64,000 bases of DNA from Sphingomonas sp. (GCA_013001055.1 JABDNH010000004.1:24529-88528); one strand, 5' to 3'. Positions 9,621 through 20,070 are shown, counted from the first letter of the stretch. Notes: a model not told the origin generated them from the letters alone. Numbers and translations: made by a program.

Positions 9621-10235
9621 TTACGCTTTCCCGAGGCGCGCAGCCCTGCGCGCGAGAGCGCCGACGTGATCGAGGTCGGTCTCTCCTGATGGCAGGATCC
9701 AGCTGCCGCCAACGCATTTGACGTTGGGGTGGGCAAGCCAGTCTTCGGCCGTATCTTCCTTGATACCCCCGGTGGGGCAAAAGCTGACGCCGCCGAAAGG
9801 TCCGGCGAGCGCCTTGAGCGCCTCAAGGCCGCCTGCAGCCTCTGCCGGAAAGAATTTGAAGTGATCGAGCCCGAGATCGAGCCCGCGCATGATGTCGCCG
9901 GCATTGGCGACGCCTGGCAGGATCGGGACGCGCTTGTCACTGGCGGCGCGCACCACGCCATCGGTCAGCCCCGGTGAGACGATGAAGCGCGCGCCATAGT
10001 CGACGGCTTCGTAAAGATCGACTGCGTTGAGCACGGTGCCCGCACCCACGATCGCGCCCTCGACCTTCGACATTTCCTCGATCGCGGGCAGGGCTTCCTC
10101 GGTGCGCAGCGTCACTTCGATGACTGGCAGTCCGTTTTCGACCAGCACCTGTGCCAGCTCGATCGGATCGACGCTGCCGTCCAGCACCAGCACCGGAATG
10201 ACCGGCGCGGCTTCCATGATATCGCGAATGCTCAT
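9621..10235 (-). CDS. eda: KDPG / 4-hydroxy-2-oxoglutarate aldolase
   Basis: 204 aa. PVIPVLV...IEVTLRT...GAGTV...F.KFFPAE... Eda pattern. Last gene of the ED operon. Confidence 0.85.
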   Translation of the reverse strand: MSIRDIMEAAPVIPVLVLDGSVDPIELAQVLVENGLPVIEVTLRTEEALPAIEEMSKVEGAIVGAGTVLNAVDLYEAVDYGARFIVSPGLTDGVVRAASDKRVPILPGVANAGDIMRGLDLGLDHFKFFPAEAAGGLEALKALAGPFGGVSFCPTGGIKEDTAEDWLAHPNVKCVGGSWILPSGETDLDHVGALARRAARLGKA

Positions 10236-10444
10236 GACTTGTCCCCGCTTGGCCAGCCGTCTCTAATCTTGATCTGTTCAACCATAGAGTGAGCTTGATC
10301 GATAGAAAACCAAGCCTTTTTCAAGCAATCAATCATGGTCGAATCATCAAATTCTTCGGCAGCCTTAAAGAAGCGATCTAACATTCCGGCAGCATAGAGT
10401 CGCTCGTTACCGGTCATACCGGAAACATCGCGCGGCGGCTTCAT
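10232..10444 (-). CDS. hypothetical 70-aa protein, low-GC insert between glk and eda
   Basis: The ORF exactly fills the glk-eda gap, with ATGA overlaps at both ends (10441-10444 and 10232-10235). An alternative start at Met10 (10417) gives MTGNERLYAAGMLD... Confidence 0.5.
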   Translation of the reverse strand: MKPPRDVSGMTGNERLYAAGMLDRFFKAAEEFDDSTMIDCLKKAWFSIDQAHSMVEQIKIRDGWPSGDKS

Positions 10445-11411
10445 GCATGCTCCTTGGCGAATGCCACTGCGGCGCCATACAGGCCCGCCTGCGGATGGGT
10501 GACGAGTTTGACGGGGATCTGCTCCATGCGGCGCTCAAAGCGGCCTTTGGCGACAAAGCGATCGGCGAAGCCCGAATTCTTGAACAAGTGGCGAATGCGA
10601 TAGCCGAGCCCGCCGGCGAGAACGACGGCGTTAGATCCATGCGCCAGCGCAAGGTCCCCGCATACCGCGCCGAGCGTAAGGAAGAATCGGTCGAGCGCTG
10701 CGGCCGCGAGCGGATCCTTCCCCTCGATCGCCCGCGTCCACAATTCCTTGTCCTCGAGATCGGGGACCGCCTTGCCTTCCATCGCACCGAGCGCTTCGTA
10801 AATATTGGCGAGGCCGGAGCCGCACGCGATACGCTCGACCGAGACACGGCGCAAATCGCGCCGCATCCGCTGGAGGATCTTGTCTTCAAGGCTGTCCAGC
10901 GGCGCAAAATCGATATGGCCGCCTTCGGTCGCGATGACGTGCATGTGACCATCGGCGGTTTTCAGCAGCTGCGCGACGCCCAGCCCCGTGCCGGGGCCCA
11001 CCACGGTGGTCACGCCGTCATCGGGAAACGCTCCTTCAGGGCCGGTGACATGGTCGAAATATTTATCGTCCAGTGCGCCCACCGCATGGGCAACCGCCGC
11101 GAAATCATTGACGATGCAGAAATGTTCGACATCCAATTTTTCTTGCGCCAGCGCAGGGCGGATCACCCACGGATTGTTGGTGAGTTTGAGGACCTCGCCA
11201 TCTACGGGCCCCGCAAATGCCACGCTCAGCGACTTGGGCTCCTCCCCCGGATTGACCTCGCAGAAATGGCGCCAAGCCGTCTGAAAGCTGGCGTGGTCGT
11301 TGGTGCCAAGCGTTACCGGTTCGCCAAGGCTGACGACGGAACCCTTTTCTATTTCGGCAATGGCGAAGCGGGCGTGCGTTCCGCCGACATCGGCGACGGC
11401 GATGGTCTGGC

Positions 11412-11415
<4 letters not shown>
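10441..11415 (-). CDS. glk: glucokinase
   Basis: N-terminal ADVGGTHARFA ATP motif, 324 aa. 4-bp overlap with edd. Confidence 0.9.
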
Positions 11416-13226
<1,811 letters not shown>

Positions 13227-13229
13227 GCT

Positions 13230-13931
13230 CTACGGCGCCCAGTGAATATCGATGGGGATCTGGCTTTCGGCAAGCACGCGGCCAATCGGCAGTTTCGAGG
13301 ACTGTCCATCTTCGATCGCCTGCTCCAATAGATCCCGCTTTTCCTGGCCGGTGATGGTAATCAGGATCGTGCGCGCCTGGAGAATCGCCGCGCGCGTTAG
13401 CGACACGCGGTCGACCGGCGCTTCGGGCGGCATCGGATCGGGACGGATGCCCATCGCGAGGCGCGCCTTGGGCGCATCCATCGCGTCTTCCAGATCAGGG
13501 CCCGCGAACAGCGAGGCGGTGTGCCCATCGGCACCCATGCCGAGCCAGACGAGATCGGGCGGCCACTTCAAGTCGCGCAGCCGCGCATCGGCGGCATGCC
13601 CGGCCATCGTGTAATCTTCCGCCTCAACCGCGATCGGATAGATGCGTGCGCCGGTCGAAATCATCGCCTGCGCGATAGCGCGGATGTTCGACAGTTCATT
13701 ATCCACTGGCACGAGCCGGTCATCGCCCGGGATGATCGTAACGCGTTTCCACGGCAGCTGCTTTTGCGCAAGGTGCGCGAAGATCGGCGCTGGCGTCGAC
13801 CCGCCCGGGAAGGCGACAAGGCTTTCGCCACGCGCATCGATCGCGCTCTCGATGATGAACCCGATATCCCCGGCGACCTCGGCCGCCATGTCCTCGCGGC
13901 TGTCATAGTCCCAAAATTCGGCTTCAATCAT
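13230..13931 (-). CDS. pgl: 6-phosphogluconolactonase
   Basis: 233 aa. FPGGSTP and GMGADGHTASLF motifs. Confidence 0.85.
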   Translation of the reverse strand: MIEAEFWDYDSREDMAAEVAGDIGFIIESAIDARGESLVAFPGGSTPAPIFAHLAQKQLPWKRVTIIPGDDRLVPVDNELSNIRAIAQAMISTGARIYPIAVEAEDYTMAGHAADARLRDLKWPPDLVWLGMGADGHTASLFAGPDLEDAMDAPKARLAMGIRPDPMPPEAPVDRVSLTRAAILQARTILITITGQEKRDLLEQAIEDGQSSKLPIGRVLAESQIPIDIHWAP

Positions 13932-15348
13932 TCCATGCCCTTCCGTCGCGCTGTGTGAGTTCGGTCGAGCCTGTAGGGCCCCAGCCGCCCGATGTGTAGG
14001 CCTCGGGCGTCATATCGGCGCGCAGCCACGACGCCCTGAGGCCATCGATGTAATTCCATTGCGCCTCAACCTCGTCGCGGCGCACGAACAAGGTTGGATC
14101 GCCCTCGATCAGGTCGAGCAGCAGCCGTTCGTAGGCGATGCGGCGGCGATAATCGCTGAACGCGCCTTCCATGGTGACGTCCAGCGGCACTTCGCGAAGG
14201 CTCATCCCGCCGCGGTCGAGCCCCGGCGTCTTGGTCATCATCTTGATGCGGATATTTTCTTCGGGCTGGATCGAGATGATCAGCTCATTGGGCTGCATCT
14301 GCCCCGACATATTGCCGAAGATCGAATGCGGGACGCATTTGAACTGGATGTAGATCTCGGTCTTGCGCCGCGCCATCGCCTTGCCGTGACGCAGGTAGAA
14401 CGGCACGCCCGCCCAGCGCCAATTGTCGACATGGGCCTTGAGCGCGATGAAGGTTTCGGTTTTGGACGTCTCGCCCAATTCCTCCAGATAGCCTTCATAT
14501 TGTCCCAGCACGACATCGGACTTGGCTTTCTCGGCGTCTATTTGCCGAAGCGACTGCAGCACCTTCACCTTTTCCGCGCGCACCGCGTCAGGATCGTAGG
14601 CCGCAGGTGGCTCCATTGCGACGAGGGCCAACAGCTGCAGCATATGGTTTTGGAGCATGTCGCGCGAAGCACCGGCCGTATCGTAATAGCCCGCGCGCCC
14701 TTCCAGACCGACCGTTTCGGCAACCGTAATCTGGACGTGATCGATGTGCGACGCATTCCACACCGGCTCGAGCAGCGAATTGGCAAAGCGCAGCGCCAGA
14801 AGGTTCTGCACCGTTTCCTTGCCGAGATAATGGTCGATGCGGAAGATACGGCTTTCGGGGAAATGCGCGGCGACCGCGTCATTAATCTCGCAACTGCTTT
14901 GAAGATCGGTCCCGATCGGCTTTTCCAGCGCCAGCTTTACCGTTTGGCCGGCCAGCCCCACTGCCGCCAGATTGTCGATTGCCGCCCTGAACAGGCTCGG
15001 CGCGGTAGACAGGAAAATCGATACACCCTCATTGACGTCGATGTGATCGGCGAGTTCCTGATAGCCATGGGGCGTCGTCACATCGACCGGCGAGTAGGTG
15101 ATACGTTGGGCAAAGCGCCGAGCCGTCACTTCGGAAAAGAAGTCGTCGGGCAGATGTTCGCGCAGCGCCTCCACGGCAGTCTCGCGAAACTCGTCGTCGC
15201 TCAGCTGCGAGCGCGCCGTTCCGATAATCTTAAGCTCGTCGGGAAGCAGGCCATCGGCGTGAAGCCCGTACAAGGACGGAATCAGCATGCGACGCGACAG
15301 GTCACCCGTCGCCCCGAACAGGAGCAGCGTCTTGGACTGTCCGATCAT
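13924..15348 (-). CDS. zwf: glucose-6-phosphate 1-dehydrogenase
   Basis: LFGATGDLSRR NADP motif and RIDHYLGKE active-site motif. Confidence 0.92.
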   Translation of the reverse strand: MIGQSKTLLLFGATGDLSRRMLIPSLYGLHADGLLPDELKIIGTARSQLSDDEFRETAVEALREHLPDDFFSEVTARRFAQRITYSPVDVTTPHGYQELADHIDVNEGVSIFLSTAPSLFRAAIDNLAAVGLAGQTVKLALEKPIGTDLQSSCEINDAVAAHFPESRIFRIDHYLGKETVQNLLALRFANSLLEPVWNASHIDHVQITVAETVGLEGRAGYYDTAGASRDMLQNHMLQLLALVAMEPPAAYDPDAVRAEKVKVLQSLRQIDAEKAKSDVVLGQYEGYLEELGETSKTETFIALKAHVDNWRWAGVPFYLRHGKAMARRKTEIYIQFKCVPHSIFGNMSGQMQPNELIISIQPEENIRIKMMTKTPGLDRGGMSLREVPLDVTMEGAFSDYRRRIAYERLLLDLIEGDPTLFVRRDEVEAQWNYIDGLRASWLRADMTPEAYTSGGWGPTGSTELTQRDGRAWND

Positions 15349-16838
15349 CGGGCCTCCCGCGCCTTCAGCGCCTCGTTATGGCTCGGAAAGTTCATCGCGC
15401 AGCGCTCCAGGAAATCATCGATTCTGTACATATCGGGGAGATGCACGTCTTCGCCCGGCTTTTCCAGCTTTTGCGGGAAATTCCCGTAGCCGCCGAGCAG
15501 GCAGTGCCAACTTACGGCGTTGTAATATCTGGCGATATCCTGCCGCTGTACCTCGAGGGTCAAATCTTGGCGCGTGAACCAGGCTGTCATTATTCCCTTG
15601 AGGCTGGGCGAAAGATTTTCATGCGCCGCATTGTCGCGCCAATAGTCGGTGTCGCGGCGTAGCTGGCAGCGATAATGCGCGACGATATAGTCGCGGATGC
15701 CTTCATAACGCGCCGCGATACTGTCATTAAAAGGTCCGCGCGCCTCGGGCCCCAGCCCGTCCGTGTCCACCGCTTTGATGAATTGCTCGACCGTGACAAG
15801 CACGATGTGCAGTGCGGTGGCCTCCAGCGGTTCGAGAAAACCTTGCGCCAGGCCGATAGCAAGGCAATTGGCATTCCAGCTCTTGTCAAGCCGCCCGCAG
15901 CGCATCTTGAGATGGCGTGCCTCGACATCTTTGCCGACGCCCAGCGCAGCGCGCAACTCGGTCTCGGCGGCGTCGGCTTCGATATATTTCGAGCTGTAGA
16001 CGTAGCCATTGCCGGTGCGGTTGGTGAGCGGGATTGACCAGCGCCAGCCCGCGTCCATGGCGATGGCCCGGGTTGCGCATTCGGGCCCGCCTTGGGCGAC
16101 ATCGGTGGGCAGGACCACCGCGCTGTCCGCGAACAGATTGTCAGCAAAGGAGACATGCGCTCCGCCCAATGCCTGTTCGGCGATCAAGGCACGAAAGCCC
16201 GAGGCATCGATGAAGAAATCGGCTTCGTGGCGACCGCCGTCTTCGCCAATCAGCGCCGCGACCTCGCCGTCATCCGTCATTTCGACCGAGGCGATCCTGG
16301 TATCGACCCATTCGACCCCTCGCTTCGTCGCGATGCCCTTCAGGACTTCGCCAACCTTGTGCGCATCGAAATGGTAGCCGTAGCTGACTTCAAGGGGGAA
16401 ATTCTCGGGGTTTAGCGGCGCAAGCTTGCGCTCCGCCAGCAGCCCGGGGAACAGGAAGTCATCGGGATGCGCCTGCACATCGAGGCCCGATCGCCGCAGC
16501 CGCGCGGCCCGGAAAAGCTGCCCCGCGCTGTGCCCGTCGAGGGCGGTCGGGAAGGGATGAAAGTAACGCTCGTAGCCGGGCTTCTGCGACCAGTGCTCGA
16601 ACTGGATGCCGACCTTGTAGGTTGCATTTGCGGCGGGCATCCACTCGGCCTCGCTCACCCCGATCGTATCGAAAAAGACCTTGAGTTGCGGGGTCGAGCC
16701 CTCACCTACCCCGACAATGCCGATCTCGCTGCCTTCGATCAGCCGGATCATGGTTCCCGGCCAATGATGCTGGAGCAGGCAGGCTGCCATCCAGCCTGCC
16801 GTCCCGCCGCCCAAGATCGTAATACTGCTCGGTGTCAC
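15345..16838 (-). CDS. flavin-dependent tryptophan-halogenase-family protein
   Basis: GGGTAGW FAD motif right after the GTG at 16838. GVGEGSTPQLKVFF contains the Lys position of PrnA-type enzymes. WRWSIP matches the WxWxIP motif. ATGA overlap with zwf. The track's 566-aa version adds an Arg-rich, non-homologous N-terminus. Confidence 0.8.
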   Translation of the reverse strand: MTPSSITILGGGTAGWMAACLLQHHWPGTMIRLIEGSEIGIVGVGEGSTPQLKVFFDTIGVSEAEWMPAANATYKVGIQFEHWSQKPGYERYFHPFPTALDGHSAGQLFRAARLRRSGLDVQAHPDDFLFPGLLAERKLAPLNPENFPLEVSYGYHFDAHKVGEVLKGIATKRGVEWVDTRIASVEMTDDGEVAALIGEDGGRHEADFFIDASGFRALIAEQALGGAHVSFADNLFADSAVVLPTDVAQGGPECATRAIAMDAGWRWSIPLTNRTGNGYVYSSKYIEADAAETELRAALGVGKDVEARHLKMRCGRLDKSWNANCLAIGLAQGFLEPLEATALHIVLVTVEQFIKAVDTDGLGPEARGPFNDSIAARYEGIRDYIVAHYRCQLRRDTDYWRDNAAHENLSPSLKGIMTAWFTRQDLTLEVQRQDIARYYNAVSWHCLLGGYGNFPQKLEKPGEDVHLPDMYRIDDFLERCAMNFPSHNEALKAREAR

Positions 16839-17038
16839 TGCGCCTTCAGGCGAATGGCATAGCCGCCGCCGGGAGCCATGTTGAGGGACAAAACATCGCG
16901 CGCCGTCACGTCGCGCTGTTCGATCACGATACCGAAGCGCGTCGGCCCGAGATAATGCGAAGTGTCGGCATCGCGGTAGATGCGCGCGCGGTGATGATGC
17001 TCGCCGCGCTGGCCATGCTTCGCGTGGGGGAAGAACAA
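16835..17038 (-). CDS. hypothetical 67-aa protein, possibly coupled to the halogenase-like gene
   Basis: Its stop (16835-16837) overlaps the GTG at 16838 (GTGA). No recognisable domain. It competes with the long N-terminal extension reading frame. Confidence 0.35.
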   Translation of the reverse strand: MFFPHAKHGQRGEHHHRARIYRDADTSHYLGPTRFGIVIEQRDVTARDVLSLNMAPGGGYAIRLKAQ

Positions 17039-17132
17039 CCCGCATAAGCGTGCTTGCGCCTTCTGCGGCGTTGCAATATGGTTAACCGAGGTTAGTTTTT
17101 CGAAGCGTTGGCCTTTTGCTGGGGGACGTGCG

Positions 17133-17981
17133 TTGAGCGCACCCGATATCTTTTTGTCTTACAGCCGCGAAGATCGCGCGGTGGCGCAGCGCGTCAGCCA
17201 AGGGCTTGAACGCGAAGGCTTCTCGGTATGGTGGGATGCCGAATTGCATTCGGGCGAAACATTTGACGAGATGATCGAGCATAATTTGCGCCGGTCCAAG
17301 GCCGTCATCGTGCTCTGGTCGCCGCGCTCGGTCGGATCGCGCTGGGTCCGCGCCGAAGCCACACAAGGCGATCGCCGCAAGAAGCTCCTGCCCGCCGTGA
17401 TCGAAAGCTGCGAATTGCCGATCGCATTCGAACTCCACCACACGTCGGACCTGTCGAAATGGGATGGCAATCTATCCAACCCGGACTGGCTCGGGCTTGT
17501 CACTGATATCCGCCGGTTGATCGGCTTCAAGGTCGGCGAAGACGCGGGGGCGACCCATACGCCATTATCGGGTCATCGCCCTGCACCCGACATGGCCGCG
17601 CACGAAGCGCGCCCCGATGACCAGACCCAGTTCTTCACCGAGGTTGGCGCACCGATTGAAGAAAGCGAAGTGCACGTGCTGGAACTGGCCGATGGGGACC
17701 AGCGGGTGCGAAAACATGTCGTCGGGCCGCTGGGGCTGAAGATCGGGCGCGCGGCGCCTTCCGACCTGATCCTGTCCGACCCGCGCGTTTCCCGGACACA
17801 TTGCCTGGTCGAAATCAAGAATGACGAGCTTGAGGTATCCGACCTCAATTCGACCAACGGGACCTATGTGGACAATGAGCGTGTGGAAAAGACCATGCGG
17901 ATCCCCGTTGGGTCGGAATTGCGTGTCGGCAAGAGCCGCCTCATTCACGAACTACGCTCGCGCGCCGACCTTCAGGCGTAG
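17133..17981 (+). CDS. TIR domain - FHA domain fusion protein
   Basis: TTG start preceded by GGGGGA. TIR_2-like DIFLSYSREDR, VIVLWSPRSVGSRWVRAE (Glu codon 17355-17357). C-terminal FHA with the GR, SRTH and STNGT signature. Confidence 0.8.
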   Translation: MSAPDIFLSYSREDRAVAQRVSQGLEREGFSVWWDAELHSGETFDEMIEHNLRRSKAVIVLWSPRSVGSRWVRAEATQGDRRKKLLPAVIESCELPIAFELHHTSDLSKWDGNLSNPDWLGLVTDIRRLIGFKVGEDAGATHTPLSGHRPAPDMAAHEARPDDQTQFFTEVGAPIEESEVHVLELADGDQRVRKHVVGPLGLKIGRAAPSDLILSDPRVSRTHCLVEIKNDELEVSDLNSTNGTYVDNERVEKTMRIPVGSELRVGKSRLIHELRSRADLQA

Positions 17982-17989
17982 GCTACTTC

Positions 17990-20056
17990 TTAACGTTCGG
18001 TCGAAGCGCTGTTGTTGCGCAGGAATACGAGATATTGCCGCGTCTGCTCTGCCTGCCGGATCAGCCGATCGGCCTCCGCACGCGTGGACACACCGCGCAT
18101 CGAATTGCTCAGCGTTCCCAGATAATCCTCATACCCTTCGGCACGCTGCGCGTTGGCGCGGCGTGTATCGTATCCGGCCCTTTGTGCATCCGAAGCGCTG
18201 CGCCCCGGACGCCGTCCGCGCGCCATGCGTTGCACTTCGTTGGCAAGCCCCTCTCCCTCGCGGACAATCGCGGCGAGGCGATTGCGCTGCGCAGCGGTCA
18301 CTCCGGCAGAGGCGCTTGCCACAGGCGCTGCAGAAGGCTGCGAGAAGGTCGATGCGGGAGCAGTCGAACTCGGCTGCTGCGCGGCGGTCTGTGTGCGCGC
18401 AGGTTCTTCGGCCGGCTGCCGTTCGACCCTGCGTTCGGGGGTCTCGGTGGGCGTGACATCCTCGGCAACTTCTTCGCTATCGACGTCGTCTTCGGGCACG
18501 ATGCTGTTGCCGTCCTCCAGCGTGACCTCCTCCATGCCCTCGTCGTCGATTGCGGTCGGTGCGGGTTCGGCCTCGGCGAACGGGTCTTCGCTCGGGCGCA
18601 GCCATAAGAAGACGACAATCGCGAGCAGCGCTGCGACCCCCGCCGGCACCAACCATTTGGGACGCTTGGCGGGTATATCCTTGCCCTTGGCGGCGGCCAC
18701 CGGTGTCTTGTTCCCCTTTCCGGGCGGATCGTCATTGGTCGGCGCTTCGTTCGCGATCGCCTTGCCACGCGCTGCAGCGATCGCAGCCGCAGCCGCTTTC
18801 TCTCCTTCGTCGGGCCAGGGCAAGGCAGGCTTCTTTTTCCAATCGCTACGGTCGGGGCCTGATCCGAGCGCTTCACCAGCCATGTCGTCGATATTCGGCG
18901 CGTTCGCCAGATCGGCCTGGGTGGGATCGCTTTCGTCCGCCGGCGGGACATCTGCCGCAGCGTCCGATGGCCCGTCGCTTTCTTCGGTCGCACCATCACT
19001 CTGCGCATAGAGCCCCGCGCGCGTTTCCCCGGCATCCATCTTGAAGGTGGCGTCCTCAGGAGCATCGGGTACGGGGTCGGGATCGGGCGCGGGAAGCACG
19101 GGCTGGATCTCGTGCGGATCGTCCATCATGGGCGCGACCCGCGTCGCTTCGCCATCGTCGTTCGGCTCAATAGCGCCGGAGAACAAGCGCAGCCACCGCG
19201 CCACCGATTGCGGTCGATCGCCCGGGCGGATGACCATCGCGGCATCGATCGCCTTGAGGAAATCCTGCGAGTATCCGGGCAAATCGCGCTGTGCCAATGG
19301 CGTGTCGTCCTCGCCGTGCATGCGCTCGAGCACCTCGAGTGGTTTTTCACCCGTTACGCATTCGTAAAGCACGACGCCAAGCGCATAGATATCGGTCCAC
19401 GGGCCCTGGTCGTAGGTCTTCACATATTGTTCGATCGCCGCATATGGCGGTGTGTGAAAGGTGACCTTCGTGGAGGTCGCATCGCCGCTTTCGAAGCGCG
19501 CCGAACCGAAGTCGATCAGGACGGCGCTGCCATCCTCGCGCACGATGATGTTGGCAGGTTTGATGTCCCGGTGGAGCACCCCGACGCGGTGCGCGCGTTC
19601 GAGTCCCTCGGCGATTGGCAGAATCACATTCGAGAGGGTGCCTTCGTCGAATTTCTTGCCGTCTTTCAACTGCTTGGACAAGGATTGCCCGTCCTCGAAG
19701 TCCATTACCATGTAGGCGGTGCCGTGGATTTCGAAGAGGCTTCGTACCGATACGATGTTGGGGTGGCGCGACGGCGTGGAGAGGTTCCACAACAGTTTTG
19801 CTTCTTCGACGAATTTCTTGAGGCCGAGCGCGTGGACTTCCTCGGCATCGCTGTCGACCGGCACCACCGTATCGTCTTCCTCGCGCTCCGAAATGGCGCT
19901 GGGGAAGTATTCCTTGATGGCGACAAGCTCGTCGAAATAGATGCCGCGGCCACGATAGACGATGCCGAACCCGCCGACGCCGATCACGTCCTCGAGCCGC
20001 CATTCCCGCAGCACCGTGCCGACCGGCAGCGCCTTGTTGCTATAGGCTTTGCTCAT
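17990..20056 (-). CDS. Hanks-type Ser/Thr protein kinase, single-pass membrane protein with about 200-aa extracytoplasmic C-terminal region
   Basis: GVGGFGIVY, VAIK, HRDIKPANI, DFGSA, PPYAAIEQ. Acidic/Pro-rich linker. TM WLVPAGVAALLAIVVFLWL (18599-18655). Confidence 0.9.
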   Translation of the reverse strand: MSKAYSNKALPVGTVLREWRLEDVIGVGGFGIVYRGRGIYFDELVAIKEYFPSAISEREEDDTVVPVDSDAEEVHALGLKKFVEEAKLLWNLSTPSRHPNIVSVRSLFEIHGTAYMVMDFEDGQSLSKQLKDGKKFDEGTLSNVILPIAEGLERAHRVGVLHRDIKPANIIVREDGSAVLIDFGSARFESGDATSTKVTFHTPPYAAIEQYVKTYDQGPWTDIYALGVVLYECVTGEKPLEVLERMHGEDDTPLAQRDLPGYSQDFLKAIDAAMVIRPGDRPQSVARWLRLFSGAIEPNDDGEATRVAPMMDDPHEIQPVLPAPDPDPVPDAPEDATFKMDAGETRAGLYAQSDGATEESDGPSDAAADVPPADESDPTQADLANAPNIDDMAGEALGSGPDRSDWKKKPALPWPDEGEKAAAAAIAAARGKAIANEAPTNDDPPGKGNKTPVAAAKGKDIPAKRPKWLVPAGVAALLAIVVFLWLRPSEDPFAEAEPAPTAIDDEGMEEVTLEDGNSIVPEDDVDSEEVAEDVTPTETPERRVERQPAEEPARTQTAAQQPSSTAPASTFSQPSAAPVASASAGVTAAQRNRLAAIVREGEGLANEVQRMARGRRPGRSASDAQRAGYDTRRANAQRAEGYEDYLGTLSNSMRGVSTRAEADRLIRQAEQTRQYLVFLRNNSASTER

Positions 20057-20070
20057 CCTATGTCCCCCGA

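Noticed and set aside
16839-17045. N-terminal 69-residue extension of the halogenase-like ORF (566-aa version).
   Set aside because: It is Arg/Pro-rich and precedes the GGGTAGW FAD motif, which normally lies within the first roughly 15 residues. The GTG at 16838 gives a family-typical length.
17087-17109. EcfG-type promoter (GGAAC-N16-17-CGTT) upstream of the TIR-FHA gene, using GGTTAAC ... CGTT.
   Set aside because: The -35 element does not match GGAAC, and the spacing to the CGTT at 17106-17109 is 19 nt.
18153-19065. 285-aa (+) and 255-aa (-) alternative-frame ORFs over the kinase linker region.
   Set aside because: They are low-complexity Ser/Ala/Pro or Arg-rich translations of the acidic/Pro-rich kinase linker. 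The kinase frame is continuous and motif-supported.
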